Shown: in pieces, positions 50,834 through 60,118 of the stretch | How positions within the stretch are numbered: the stretch's first letter is position 1 | Layout of the letters: each line of letters begins with the position of its first letter | DNA from: Candidatus Heimdallarchaeota archaeon | GTDB lineage: Archaea > Asgardarchaeota > Heimdallarchaeia > Heimdallarchaeales > Heimdallarchaeaceae | Reading direction: 5' to 3' | Assembly: GCA_030668825.1 (NCBI GenBank) | Contig: DAOVET010000001.1 | Location: 42,634-106,633, forward strand | DNA length: 64,000 bases | The notes under the pieces: generated by a model | Seen by the model: the letters and a program-made list of their open reading frames with translations, nothing else | What the model was told of the DNA's origin: nothing | Databases searched by the model: none | Translations under genes and position numbers: made by a program

Positions 50834-53020
50834 ATGGCAATGTTCAGTAAAAAAATCATAGTAATTGCAAGTACTAGCTTGTGTGGTGTTCTTGCTATAA
50901 CAGGTCTTTTAATTTCTTTACCTTATATTATGAATCCAAGGGAAAAAATAGATTTTCACCCAGATCCACTGCTAGATGGAACAGCATCTACTTACCAAAT
51001 CAAAGAAACAGTTAGTACTTCGTTTGGTTCTTATTCTCCTCTTCATATTGATATTACACCCAATATAAAACCAACAATAATTGGTAATAACTTGGGAAAT
51101 GTAGACAAACAAGGACTAGAAGTTACTCCCCAGATGAAGGAATTCTTAGAAACGTTTGGTTTTGTGATTGTTGATGAGGGATATGAAGATATCTATCACA
51201 TTTATGAAGGAAAAGAAATTCCTAAGTTTATAACTACTGATTTATGCTTGCATGCTTATCATGTTCTTTATGATATTAGTTTGCGAATTTTAGAAGGAGA
51301 AAGGTTCTTCTTTGATTTCGAAACTATGTTACTAGCTCTTCGAGATGCTCAAATTGCACTTAACTCAACAGCTTCAGAAATATCTGTTCAAGAAGCATTA
51401 AACAAAAATGTTGCCTATCTTTCTGTCATGCTTTATCTTCTTAATGAGACTAGTACAATTCCAGTAGAAGTTGAAGCACTAACAATTGCAGAACTTACCC
51501 TGATGAATGATAGTGTAAGAGATTATTCAGCTATATTTGGATATGAGGAAGATTATACTCAGTATAAAGTAAGGGGGCATTATACTAGAAATGAACTTCT
51601 TGGGAATTATTTCAAAGCGATGATGTATGCTGGAAGAATGAGTTTTCTTACCCAAAGTCCTCAGGGAGACCCAGAAATGGGTATCAATCATACAAGGATG
51701 GCACTTCTGCTTATTTCAAGTTTCAATGAGACAATTTCAACTTCTAATGTTTGGGAATATTGGGATCGTATTTACGAGCCAACTGTCTTTTATGTAGGTG
51801 CAAGTGATGATCTTACAGCTGAGGAATACTATCAAATATGGCAAAATAATGGTGCTCCTTCTGGTGATGCATTGTCAGAAAGAAGCTTAATTGAAGTAAT
51901 AATCGAGGAGATTCAGTCTTATAGAAAACCAAAAATCAACTCTATGTTTGTTTATGATGATCAAGAAGTAGGAAACGTCACACAGGGATTCAGATTTATG
52001 GGTCAACGATTTATTCCTGATTCTTATATTTTCCAACAACTTGTCCATGATGAAGTATATAACAGATTTATGCCTACCGGATTAGATGTTTTTTCTGTTT
52101 TTGGAAGCCCAAGAGCTGATTATTTTATGGAAAATGAAAATCAGCTTTATCCTGGATATGATGAACAAATAAGCAAACTCAGACAGGAATTTGGTAATCT
52201 TACTGATTATGATTGGACACAGAATCTTTATTGGCTGTGGTTGTTTTCACTCTTCCCACTTCTTGATCCAGCATCCGAAGGATATCCTGGATTTATGCTT
52301 AGTGATGCGTGGACTGACAAATCCTTAATGACAGCTTCAAGCTCTTGGGCAGAATTAAGACATGATACAATTCTTTATGCTAAGCAATCTTATACTGTAG
52401 AAGCAGTAAGTATTCCAAAGACATATCCTGGTTATGTTGAGCCCTATCCTGAAGTTTATGCGAGACTTGCTAGTTTGGTAAGACTGATGATAAATGGATT
52501 AAGTGAAAGAGGTTTACTCCTTGAAAGTTTTGCTCTCAAACTTACAGAGATAGCAGAAGTCTTTGAGAATCTACAGATGATTAGCGTCAAAGAACTAGAA
52601 AATGAACCATTAACTGATCAAGATATTGGCTATATAAATGGCGTTGCTACAATTATAGAACGTCTAGCAAGTTATGATGATCCAGAATATGAAGAATGGG
52701 TTAGTGCTGCGGATGATAGGATGGCAGTAATAGCCGATGTACATACTGACCCAAATACAGGAATGGTCTTAGAGGTGGGAACTGGAAATCCTTTTGTTAT
52801 TTATGTAATCGTTCAAGATCACAGAGGAAATCTTAGATTAGCAAGAGGAGGAACCTTTTCCTACTACGAATTTGAACAACCTATGACAGAAAGATTAACC
52901 GATGAAGAATGGCAGGATATGTTAGACAATAACCCACCACCATTGCCTGAATGGATGATACTAACCATGCCTTTTGCTTGTGTGAATGCTGTTTCACATG
53001 TATCAAGGAAAGAAAACTAG
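50834..53020 (+). CDS. DUF3160 domain protein, copy 1 (N-terminal TM anchor)
   Basis: FITTD..LH.YH, EDY.QY..RGHY, YF.AMM, MGQRF..DS, SW.ELRHDTILYAKQ, GYVEP.PE.Y, ADVHT, SYYEF, RLTDEEW. Confidence 0.88.
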   Translation: MAMFSKKIIVIASTSLCGVLAITGLLISLPYIMNPREKIDFHPDPLLDGTASTYQIKETVSTSFGSYSPLHIDITPNIKPTIIGNNLGNVDKQGLEVTPQMKEFLETFGFVIVDEGYEDIYHIYEGKEIPKFITTDLCLHAYHVLYDISLRILEGERFFFDFETMLLALRDAQIALNSTASEISVQEALNKNVAYLSVMLYLLNETSTIPVEVEALTIAELTLMNDSVRDYSAIFGYEEDYTQYKVRGHYTRNELLGNYFKAMMYAGRMSFLTQSPQGDPEMGINHTRMALLLISSFNETISTSNVWEYWDRIYEPTVFYVGASDDLTAEEYYQIWQNNGAPSGDALSERSLIEVIIEEIQSYRKPKINSMFVYDDQEVGNVTQGFRFMGQRFIPDSYIFQQLVHDEVYNRFMPTGLDVFSVFGSPRADYFMENENQLYPGYDEQISKLRQEFGNLTDYDWTQNLYWLWLFSLFPLLDPASEGYPGFMLSDAWTDKSLMTASSSWAELRHDTILYAKQSYTVEAVSIPKTYPGYVEPYPEVYARLASLVRLMINGLSERGLLLESFALKLTEIAEVFENLQMISVKELENEPLTDQDIGYINGVATIIERLASYDDPEYEEWVSAADDRMAVIADVHTDPNTGMVLEVGTGNPFVIYVIVQDHRGNLRLARGGTFSYYEFEQPMTERLTDEEWQDMLDNNPPPLPEWMILTMPFACVNAVSHVSRKEN

Positions 53021-53058
53021 TCAAAAAGTAAAAATATCAAATAATAATACTGTATACA
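53008..53058 (+). repeat. 51-bp exact direct repeat (gene end plus spacer), copy 1
   Basis: gaaagaaaactagtcaaaaagtaaaaatatcaaataataatactgtataca; identical at 55265-55315. Confidence 0.85.
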
Positions 53059-53078
53059 TTAGTTAATTTGGGATTTAC

Positions 53079-55277
53079 ATGTTGGTACTGAATAAAAAGA
53101 TGAAGATTATTGTTGGTTCAGGCATTATCATAATTTTGATTGCAGCAAGTTTGGGAATTGTTCTCCCCATAGTTATTAATCCAAAGATGACAATAAACTG
53201 GAATCCAGATCCTCTAATTGATGAAACAGCATCCACTTATCAAATTAAGGATTCAGTTTTAACGTCCTTTGGTTCTTATAATCCACTTCACCTAAATTTC
53301 ACACCTTCTATCAAACCTACTCTAATAAAAAGTAATCTAAGGAATGTTGATATGCAAGATTTGATCATCTCCTTGAACGTCAAACGATTGTTAGAAAATT
53401 ATGGTTTTGCTATTGTCGATGAAGGTTTTGAAGACATCTATGAGATTTATTCTGGAACGACAATACCCAAGTTTATTACCACAGATCTATGTCTACATGC
53501 ATATCATGTTCTATACGATATTAGCTTAAGAATTCTTGAAGCTGAAAGATTTTTTTCAGATTTTGAATCAATGCTGTTAGCGCTTCGTAACGCTCAAATC
53601 TCCCTAAATTCAACAGTTTCAGAAGTTTCAGTTCATGAAGCATTAAACAAAAACATAGCTTATTTATCTGTAATGCTTCATCTTCTTAATGAGACAAATA
53701 CTATTCCTTCAGAAGTGGAATCTCTTACTCTTGCTGAATTGAATTTGATTAATAATAGCATGATGAACCCTTCAGCAATTTTTGGATACATGGAAGATTA
53801 TACTCAATACATAGTAAGAGGTCATTATACTCGAAATGAAATTTTAGCAAATTATTTCCTAGCTATGATGTATGCTGGAAGAATGAGTTTTCTAACTCAA
53901 AGTCCCACTGGAGATCCTGTCATGGGTATCGAACAAACTAGGATGGCATTACTTCTAATCTCGAGTTTCAATGAAACAATTTCTTCTTCATCTGTTTGGG
54001 AATACTGGGATAGGCTTTATGAACCTACAGTGTTCTATGTAGGCGCTAGTGATGATCTTACAGCCGAAGAGTATTATCAGATCTGGCAGGATAATGGGGC
54101 TCCTGAAGGAGATACGCTAGCAAATGATACTACAATTGAAGGAATAGTTGAAGAGATAAAAACATATAGAAGACCAAAGATAAATTCGATGTTTGTCTAT
54201 GAGGATCAAGAAGTAGAAAATGTCACACTGGGATTCAGACTTATGGGACAAAGATTCATTCCAGATTCGTATATCTTTCAACAATTAGTTCACGACAAAG
54301 TAAAGGACAGAACAATGCCAACAGGTTTGGATGTGTTTTCTGTTTTTGGTAGTCCGAGAGCGGATTATTATATGAAAAATGAAAATCTAACTTATCCTGA
54401 ATATGGTGGTCAGATACTTAAACTAAGAGCAGAATTTAATAATCTAACAGATTACGATTGGACTCAAAATCTATATTGGCTTTGGTTGTACTCTTTCTTT
54501 CCATTATTAGAACCTGCTTCCGAAGGTTATCCCGGATTCATGTTGAACGATGCATGGACTAATAAGGCATTAATGACTGCAATGGGTTCGTGGGCTGAGT
54601 TAAGACATGACACGATCTTGTATGCTAAACAATCTTATACAATAGTACCTACTGGTGGACCCGCACCAAAAATTCCGAAAGGTTACATTGAACCTTATCC
54701 AGAAGTATATTCTCGTCTTGCTGCTTTAGTACGTTTAATGCAAAACGGTCTTGAATCAAGGGGTCTTCTAGCAGATAGTTTTAGTTACAAATTAGAAACA
54801 ATAGCTGATGTTTTTGAAAAGTTAACTGAACTTAGTATAAAGGAATTACAAAATGAACAGCTTACAAATGATGATATTTACTATATCAATAGAGTAGCAG
54901 AATATATAGAGGAAGCTGCAAGTTATGATGATCCAGAATATGATCCTTGGACTAGTGCGGCAGATGATAGAATGGCTGTAATAGCAGATGTTCATACTAA
55001 TCCTGATCCTGACTATGAAGAGGTCTTGGAAGTGGGAGTGGGTAATCCTTTTGTTATATATGTTATAAGTCAAGACCATCGAGGTAATCTTCGATTAACT
55101 AAAGGTGCAACCTTTTCCTATTATGAATTCATTCATCCTATGGAAAATAGATTAACAGATGAAGAATGGCAGGATATGCTAGACAATGACCCTCCACAAT
55201 TGCCTGAATGGATACTTCTCTCAATACCTTTGGCTTGTGTAAACGCTGTTCCACATATATCAAAGAAAGAAAACTAG
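53079..55277 (+). CDS. DUF3160 domain protein, copy 2
   Basis: Same motifs as copy 1. Confidence 0.88.
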   Translation: MLVLNKKMKIIVGSGIIIILIAASLGIVLPIVINPKMTINWNPDPLIDETASTYQIKDSVLTSFGSYNPLHLNFTPSIKPTLIKSNLRNVDMQDLIISLNVKRLLENYGFAIVDEGFEDIYEIYSGTTIPKFITTDLCLHAYHVLYDISLRILEAERFFSDFESMLLALRNAQISLNSTVSEVSVHEALNKNIAYLSVMLHLLNETNTIPSEVESLTLAELNLINNSMMNPSAIFGYMEDYTQYIVRGHYTRNEILANYFLAMMYAGRMSFLTQSPTGDPVMGIEQTRMALLLISSFNETISSSSVWEYWDRLYEPTVFYVGASDDLTAEEYYQIWQDNGAPEGDTLANDTTIEGIVEEIKTYRRPKINSMFVYEDQEVENVTLGFRLMGQRFIPDSYIFQQLVHDKVKDRTMPTGLDVFSVFGSPRADYYMKNENLTYPEYGGQILKLRAEFNNLTDYDWTQNLYWLWLYSFFPLLEPASEGYPGFMLNDAWTNKALMTAMGSWAELRHDTILYAKQSYTIVPTGGPAPKIPKGYIEPYPEVYSRLAALVRLMQNGLESRGLLADSFSYKLETIADVFEKLTELSIKELQNEQLTNDDIYYINRVAEYIEEAASYDDPEYDPWTSAADDRMAVIADVHTNPDPDYEEVLEVGVGNPFVIYVISQDHRGNLRLTKGATFSYYEFIHPMENRLTDEEWQDMLDNDPPQLPEWILLSIPLACVNAVPHISKKEN

Positions 55278-55315
55278 TCAAAAAGTAAAAATATCAAATA
55301 ATAATACTGTATACA
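55265..55315 (+). repeat. 51-bp exact direct repeat, copy 2
   Basis: Identical to 53008-53058. Confidence 0.85.
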
Positions 55316-55336
55316 ATAGATTATTTGGGATTTATC

Positions 55337-57544
55337 ATGTTGGTACTGAATAAAAAAATGAAAATTATTGTTGGTTCAAGCATTATCACAATTTTGATCA
55401 CAGCATGTTTGGGAATTGTTCTTCCAATAGTTATTAATCCAAAGATGACAACAAGCTGGAATCCAGACCCTCTAATAGCTGGGACAGCGTCTACTTACCA
55501 AATTAGAGATGCAGTTAGTACTTCGTTTGGTTCTTATTCTCCTCTTCATATTGAATTTGCTCCCAATATACAACCAACAAAAATCGGTAATAACTTGGAA
55601 AATGTAGACAAACAAGGATTAACCATTACAACTCAAATGAAAGAATTCTTAGAAATGTATGGTTTTGTGATTGTTGATGAGGGATATGAAGATATCTATC
55701 AAATTTATGATGGCGATGTTTATGATGGCGAAGAAATTCCTAAGTTTATAACAACTGATTTATGTTTACATGCTTATCATGTTCTTTATGACATTAGTTT
55801 GCGAATTTTAGAAGGGGAAAGGTTCTTCTTTGATTTTGAAACTATGTTGCTAGCTCTTCGAGATGCTCAAATTGCTCTTAATTCAACAGCTTCAGAACTG
55901 TCTGTTCAAGAAGCATTAAACAAAAATATTGCTTATCTCTCTGTCATGCTATATCTTCTTAATGAGACAAATACCGTTCCTGTAGAAGTTGAAGCATTAA
56001 CAATCTCAGAACTTAGCTTGATGAATGATAGTGTCATAGAATATTCTGCTATATTTGGATATGAGGAAGATTATACTCAGTATAAAGTAAGGGGGCATTA
56101 TACTAGAAATGAACTCTTGGGGAACTATTTCAAGGCAATGATGTATGCTGGAAGAATGAGTTTTCTTACACAAAGTCCTGAGGGAGACCCAGAAATGGGT
56201 ATCGATCATACAAGGATGGCACTTCTACTTATTTCAAGTTTCAATGAGACAATTTCAACTTCTAATGTTTGGGAATATTGGGATCGTCTCTATGAACCAA
56301 CTGTCTTTTATGTTGGTGCAAGTGATGATCTCACTGCTGAGGAATACTACCAAATATGGCAAAACAATGGTGCTCCTTCTGGCGATACATTGTCAGATAG
56401 AATCTTAATTGAGACAATAATCGAGGAAATCCAGTCTTATAGAAAGCCAAGAATCAACTCTATGTTTGTATATGATGATCAGGAAGTTGAGAATGTGACA
56501 CAAAGTTTCAGATTAATGGGTCAGCGATTTATTCCTGATTCCTATATTTTCCAACAACTTGTCCATGATAAAGTAGATTACAGATCTATGCCCACTGGAT
56601 TAGATGTTTTTTCTGTTTTTGGAAGCCCGAGAGCTGACTATTTCATGGAAAATGAAAATCAGCTTTATCCAGGATATGATGATCAAATAAACAAGCTCAG
56701 AAAGGAATTTGGTAATCTTACTGATTATGATTGGACACAGAATCTTTATTGGTTATGGTTGTTTTCACTCTTCCCACTACTTGATCCCGCTACAGACGGA
56801 TATCCTGGATTCATGCTTAGTGATGCATGGACTGACAAATCCCTAATGACAGCTTCAGGTTCATGGGCAGAATTAAGACATGATACAATTCTTTATGCTA
56901 AACAATCCTATACTGTACTAATAGACTTTAGTCCAAAGACATATCCTGGTTATGTTGAACCTTATCCTGAAGTTTATGCGAGACTTGCTGCTTTAGTACA
57001 TTTCATGCAAAACGGTCTTGAATCAAGAGGTCTTCTCGTAGATAGTTTTAGTTACAAATTAGAAAAAATTGCTGATGTTTTTGAAAAATTAACAGAACTT
57101 AGTATAAAGGAATTACAAAATGAACAACTTACAGATGAAGATATTTACTATATCAATAGTGTAGCAGAATATATAGAGGAAGCTGCGAGTTATGATGACC
57201 CAGAATATGATCCTTGGACTAGTGCAGCAGATGATAGAATAGCAGTTATTGCAGATGTTCATACTGATCCTAATCCAGACACTGAACTTGTATTAGAAGT
57301 AGGAGTGGGTAATCCTTTTGCAATATATGTTGTAGTTCAAGATCATCAAGGTAATCTTCGATTAACCAAAGGTGCAACCTTTTCCTATTATGAATTCACT
57401 CAACCTATGGAAAACAGATTAACAGATGAGGAGTGGCAAGATATGTTGGATACTAACCCTCCAAACCTTCCTGACTGGATACTTCTCTCAATACCTTTGG
57501 CTTCTGTAAATGTTATGCCAACAATGTCTAGTAAAGAAAAATAA
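55337..57544 (+). CDS. DUF3160 domain protein, copy 3 (mosaic of copies 2-1-2)
   Basis: Same motifs; ATG at 55337 matches the start of copy 2 (MLVLNKKMK). Confidence 0.88.
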   Translation: MLVLNKKMKIIVGSSIITILITACLGIVLPIVINPKMTTSWNPDPLIAGTASTYQIRDAVSTSFGSYSPLHIEFAPNIQPTKIGNNLENVDKQGLTITTQMKEFLEMYGFVIVDEGYEDIYQIYDGDVYDGEEIPKFITTDLCLHAYHVLYDISLRILEGERFFFDFETMLLALRDAQIALNSTASELSVQEALNKNIAYLSVMLYLLNETNTVPVEVEALTISELSLMNDSVIEYSAIFGYEEDYTQYKVRGHYTRNELLGNYFKAMMYAGRMSFLTQSPEGDPEMGIDHTRMALLLISSFNETISTSNVWEYWDRLYEPTVFYVGASDDLTAEEYYQIWQNNGAPSGDTLSDRILIETIIEEIQSYRKPRINSMFVYDDQEVENVTQSFRLMGQRFIPDSYIFQQLVHDKVDYRSMPTGLDVFSVFGSPRADYFMENENQLYPGYDDQINKLRKEFGNLTDYDWTQNLYWLWLFSLFPLLDPATDGYPGFMLSDAWTDKSLMTASGSWAELRHDTILYAKQSYTVLIDFSPKTYPGYVEPYPEVYARLAALVHFMQNGLESRGLLVDSFSYKLEKIADVFEKLTELSIKELQNEQLTDEDIYYINSVAEYIEEAASYDDPEYDPWTSAADDRIAVIADVHTDPNPDTELVLEVGVGNPFAIYVVVQDHQGNLRLTKGATFSYYEFTQPMENRLTDEEWQDMLDTNPPNLPDWILLSIPLASVNVMPTMSSKEK

Positions 57545-57602
57545 CTCTTTTTCTTTTCTCTATTGTTTTGAAATTTTAACAAATAATATATATGATGTTT
57601 GT

Positions 57603-58310
57603 ATGATTAAGATAATAAGTATTGTACAGGGCTATGAGGAACCTCATTTGGAGAAGAACGAACTATTGACGAAAATCCAGAGTAAAATACCTAATTTTAG
57701 AGATTTGGCTATTTTTAATCAGAGTTATATCCGTCCTAATGTTATCTATCGGTCAGCATCCCCTATAGAACATCAATCTCCAGAATTACTACAAGATTTC
57801 AAAGATTTGGGGATTGGAAGCATAATTGATTTAAGATCAGCAGTAGAAATTGGTTATGCTTCATATGATGATGACTTTGTTAATAGTTTCAATTATTATT
57901 GGGTTCATATCGATATATCTATGCCTCCAGAAGTACTTCTAAGGGAAGGAAAAACCGAATTATCATTCTACAAGCAATTCTGTTGGTATACTCTGTACTA
58001 CAACAAAGCACAAATTCGAAGAATTTTCAATATTTTATCTCAAGAAGAAAATTATTCGACTATCATTCATTGTTTTGCAGGAAGAGACAGGACTGGTATA
58101 ACTTCATGCTTGATATTGTTGTTACTAAATGCTCCTGAACCAAATATTATCCAAGATTATCTCGAAACTGATGAATACACTTTAAGTGAAGATATGGAGT
58201 ATATTTTTGACAAAGTGGAAGAAGAAGGTGGAATAAAGAAATATCTTTTGAGTTGTGGTTTGCAGGAAGATACTTTGGAAAGAATGATAACTCAACTTCG
58301 TCCATACTGA
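57603..58310 (+). CDS. Tyrosine/dual-specificity protein phosphatase (PtpB/IphP-like)
   Basis: NFRDL, IYRSA, IIDLRS..E, P-loop HCFAGRDRTG, I..DY..T; start uncertain (57603 or later). Confidence 0.88.
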   Translation: MIKIISIVQGYEEPHLEKNELLTKIQSKIPNFRDLAIFNQSYIRPNVIYRSASPIEHQSPELLQDFKDLGIGSIIDLRSAVEIGYASYDDDFVNSFNYYWVHIDISMPPEVLLREGKTELSFYKQFCWYTLYYNKAQIRRIFNILSQEENYSTIIHCFAGRDRTGITSCLILLLLNAPEPNIIQDYLETDEYTLSEDMEYIFDKVEEEGGIKKYLLSCGLQEDTLERMITQLRPY

Positions 58311-58324
58311 GTATTAGAAAGATG

Positions 58325-58440
58325 ATGAGTATAGCCATCTTATCTTCTTAGATAAGAAATAGTTGAATGTCTTCCTTAGAGTTCATGATAGATCTTCTAT
58401 ACTCACTCTAAGTGGATACATCACATATCCTCCTACCCCG
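58325..58440 (-). ncRNA. Putative TnpB omega/reRNA scaffold overlapping the tnpB 3' end
   Basis: Complementary segments 58375-58382/58405-58412, 58327-58334/58397-58404 (interleaved, pseudoknot), 58338-58345/58350-58357 and hairpin 58414-58430. Confidence 0.6.
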
Positions 58441-59636
58441 TTCACATTCCGTTGAGGGAGTGCTTTCGGATCGCTTTTGAGTAAAATATTGAATGCAGCA
58501 TTAACATCAGCATTGATGAGAAAACCTTGAGCAGATTGAAATAAACCTCGAGTTATTCGTCGCCCAACATACTTTTGTCGTTCTTGTGGGAATTCATTAT
58601 CAAGAAAACTACACTTCGATGTGTAGCTCTCTGGAATGAGCTCAACTTTTATTCCTTTCTCCTCAGCTTTGTACTTTAACATGTTGATAATCTTCATGAA
58701 TGGTAGTGATACAAATAATTGTGTAGTTTTCTTTTGAAAATGTAATTTCTGTTTCCACATCTTATTATAACCTATCATTATTTCATGAAGGTCTCGCTCT
58801 AGCCATAAGTTTACAAGATATCGAGTGAGTTTATGGATTGCATCCTTCAGTTTCTTTCTCCACTTTTCTCTCAATTCATAGTATGCACATCCATAATTGA
58901 GTTTATCTTTCATTTTCAATTGGTTTCTTTGCTGCTGGACATATTGTTCGCGTAATTGTGTTTGTTTTTTCAAATAATATTGTATAATTGATTTTATGCC
59001 CTTCCCTGAGTCCTTTATAACAATCGGTTGATTTCCAAGGTTATCCACAAAGGTCACAAGGTTAGTCATCCCTATATCAATAGCTCCTTTCCTTAAAGCT
59101 CTCTTTCTCATTTTGGGGAGAGTTTTCACATAAACTATTTCGATTGTATAACCTACTCTTCTAGGTATAATCCTTACTTCCTTCAATTTAGTTTGTGAAG
59201 TTAATCTGGTTTTATAATAGAATCCAACTTTTTTTGGAAAAATGAGCCATCCATTAACTATTTTTGTTTGTTTGTTAGTAAAAATAGCTACAACTTCACC
59301 ATTCTTTGCTTTATAATTGGGAGGATGCGGTTTTGTAAAAAATACCTTAGGATTGGTTTCCCACTCTTTTAGTGCTAGAAAATAACCCTTCCAATTCCTG
59401 CATAGAAGCTTAAGTGTATGTTGTGAAGTGTGAACAGGAAGGACTTTATAACATTCTTCCTCTTTGAGTAAACTGTTAAGGTTGTAGTAAAAAAGGAGTT
59501 TATTTTCTTGTTCTAAAGATGCTTTTATCAGAAAGTTTGCTCGATTATAGAGATTTTTGACTTGATGACAAAGCTTACTCAGAATAGGATGATATCTTAC
59601 CTCTATACATTCTACACGAGGGACTATAGCCATCAA
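58383..59636 (-). CDS. tnpB: IS200/IS605-family TnpB (no tnpA; IS1341-like), rearranged RuvC-II
   Basis: RuvC-I GAIDIG, IMIGYN (Gly at canonical Glu), ESYTSKCS, RGLF, RuvC-III NADVNAAFNI. Confidence 0.92.
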   Translation of the reverse strand: MMAIVPRVECIEVRYHPILSKLCHQVKNLYNRANFLIKASLEQENKLLFYYNLNSLLKEEECYKVLPVHTSQHTLKLLCRNWKGYFLALKEWETNPKVFFTKPHPPNYKAKNGEVVAIFTNKQTKIVNGWLIFPKKVGFYYKTRLTSQTKLKEVRIIPRRVGYTIEIVYVKTLPKMRKRALRKGAIDIGMTNLVTFVDNLGNQPIVIKDSGKGIKSIIQYYLKKQTQLREQYVQQQRNQLKMKDKLNYGCAYYELREKWRKKLKDAIHKLTRYLVNLWLERDLHEIMIGYNKMWKQKLHFQKKTTQLFVSLPFMKIINMLKYKAEEKGIKVELIPESYTSKCSFLDNEFPQERQKYVGRRITRGLFQSAQGFLINADVNAAFNILLKSDPKALPQRNVNGVGGYVMYPLRVSIEDLS

Positions 59637-59746
59637 TATAATACATTAGGATTGACTATAAAAACCACAATAATATATGATCATAAGGCTGGAATTAAAA
59701 GATGGGCTCTACTTTCAAAATGACAAAGAGACAAAAAGATAATTAA

Positions 59747-60043
59747 ATGTTCGTTGTTTATTTATTGTCGGATATGGTTTTCAAGAAGAATGATAAGACT
59801 GACTACAGACGCGACATGTCTTATGATGATGAATTGAATCTTAACGTCAAAGGACATTTTACAAGACATTCTCTTGAACTTAGGGAATTAGAAGTTCAAT
59901 CTAGAGAATACCAAAGACTAGCAGAGAAACTACTGAGAGAGGGGCAAGTAACAGCTGTAAAGGAAGTTAATAGAAAAAGAGCTAAGTGTATGAAAAGAAT
60001 ATCTGAACTTAGGGAAATAGTTCTAAAACTTCAAGATTCATGA
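59747..60043 (+). CDS. Small coiled-coil protein, possible ESCRT-III/PspA-like helical hairpin
   Basis: LRELEVQSREYQRLAEKLLREGQVTAVKEVNRKRAKCMKRISEL; start uncertain (59747, 59774 or 59816). Confidence 0.6.
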   Translation: MFVVYLLSDMVFKKNDKTDYRRDMSYDDELNLNVKGHFTRHSLELRELEVQSREYQRLAEKLLREGQVTAVKEVNRKRAKCMKRISELREIVLKLQDS

Positions 60044-60118
60044 GTTTTTCAATAATTGGATATATTTATAATCTTCCTTGATAGATTTAGCTTTAGAATT
60101 ATCTACAAGTGATAAATT

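Noticed and set aside
50834-57544. Diversity-generating retroelement behind DUF3160 variation
   Set aside because: No reverse transcriptase and no adenine-specific template/variable repeat pair; the differences look like ordinary divergence plus recombination.
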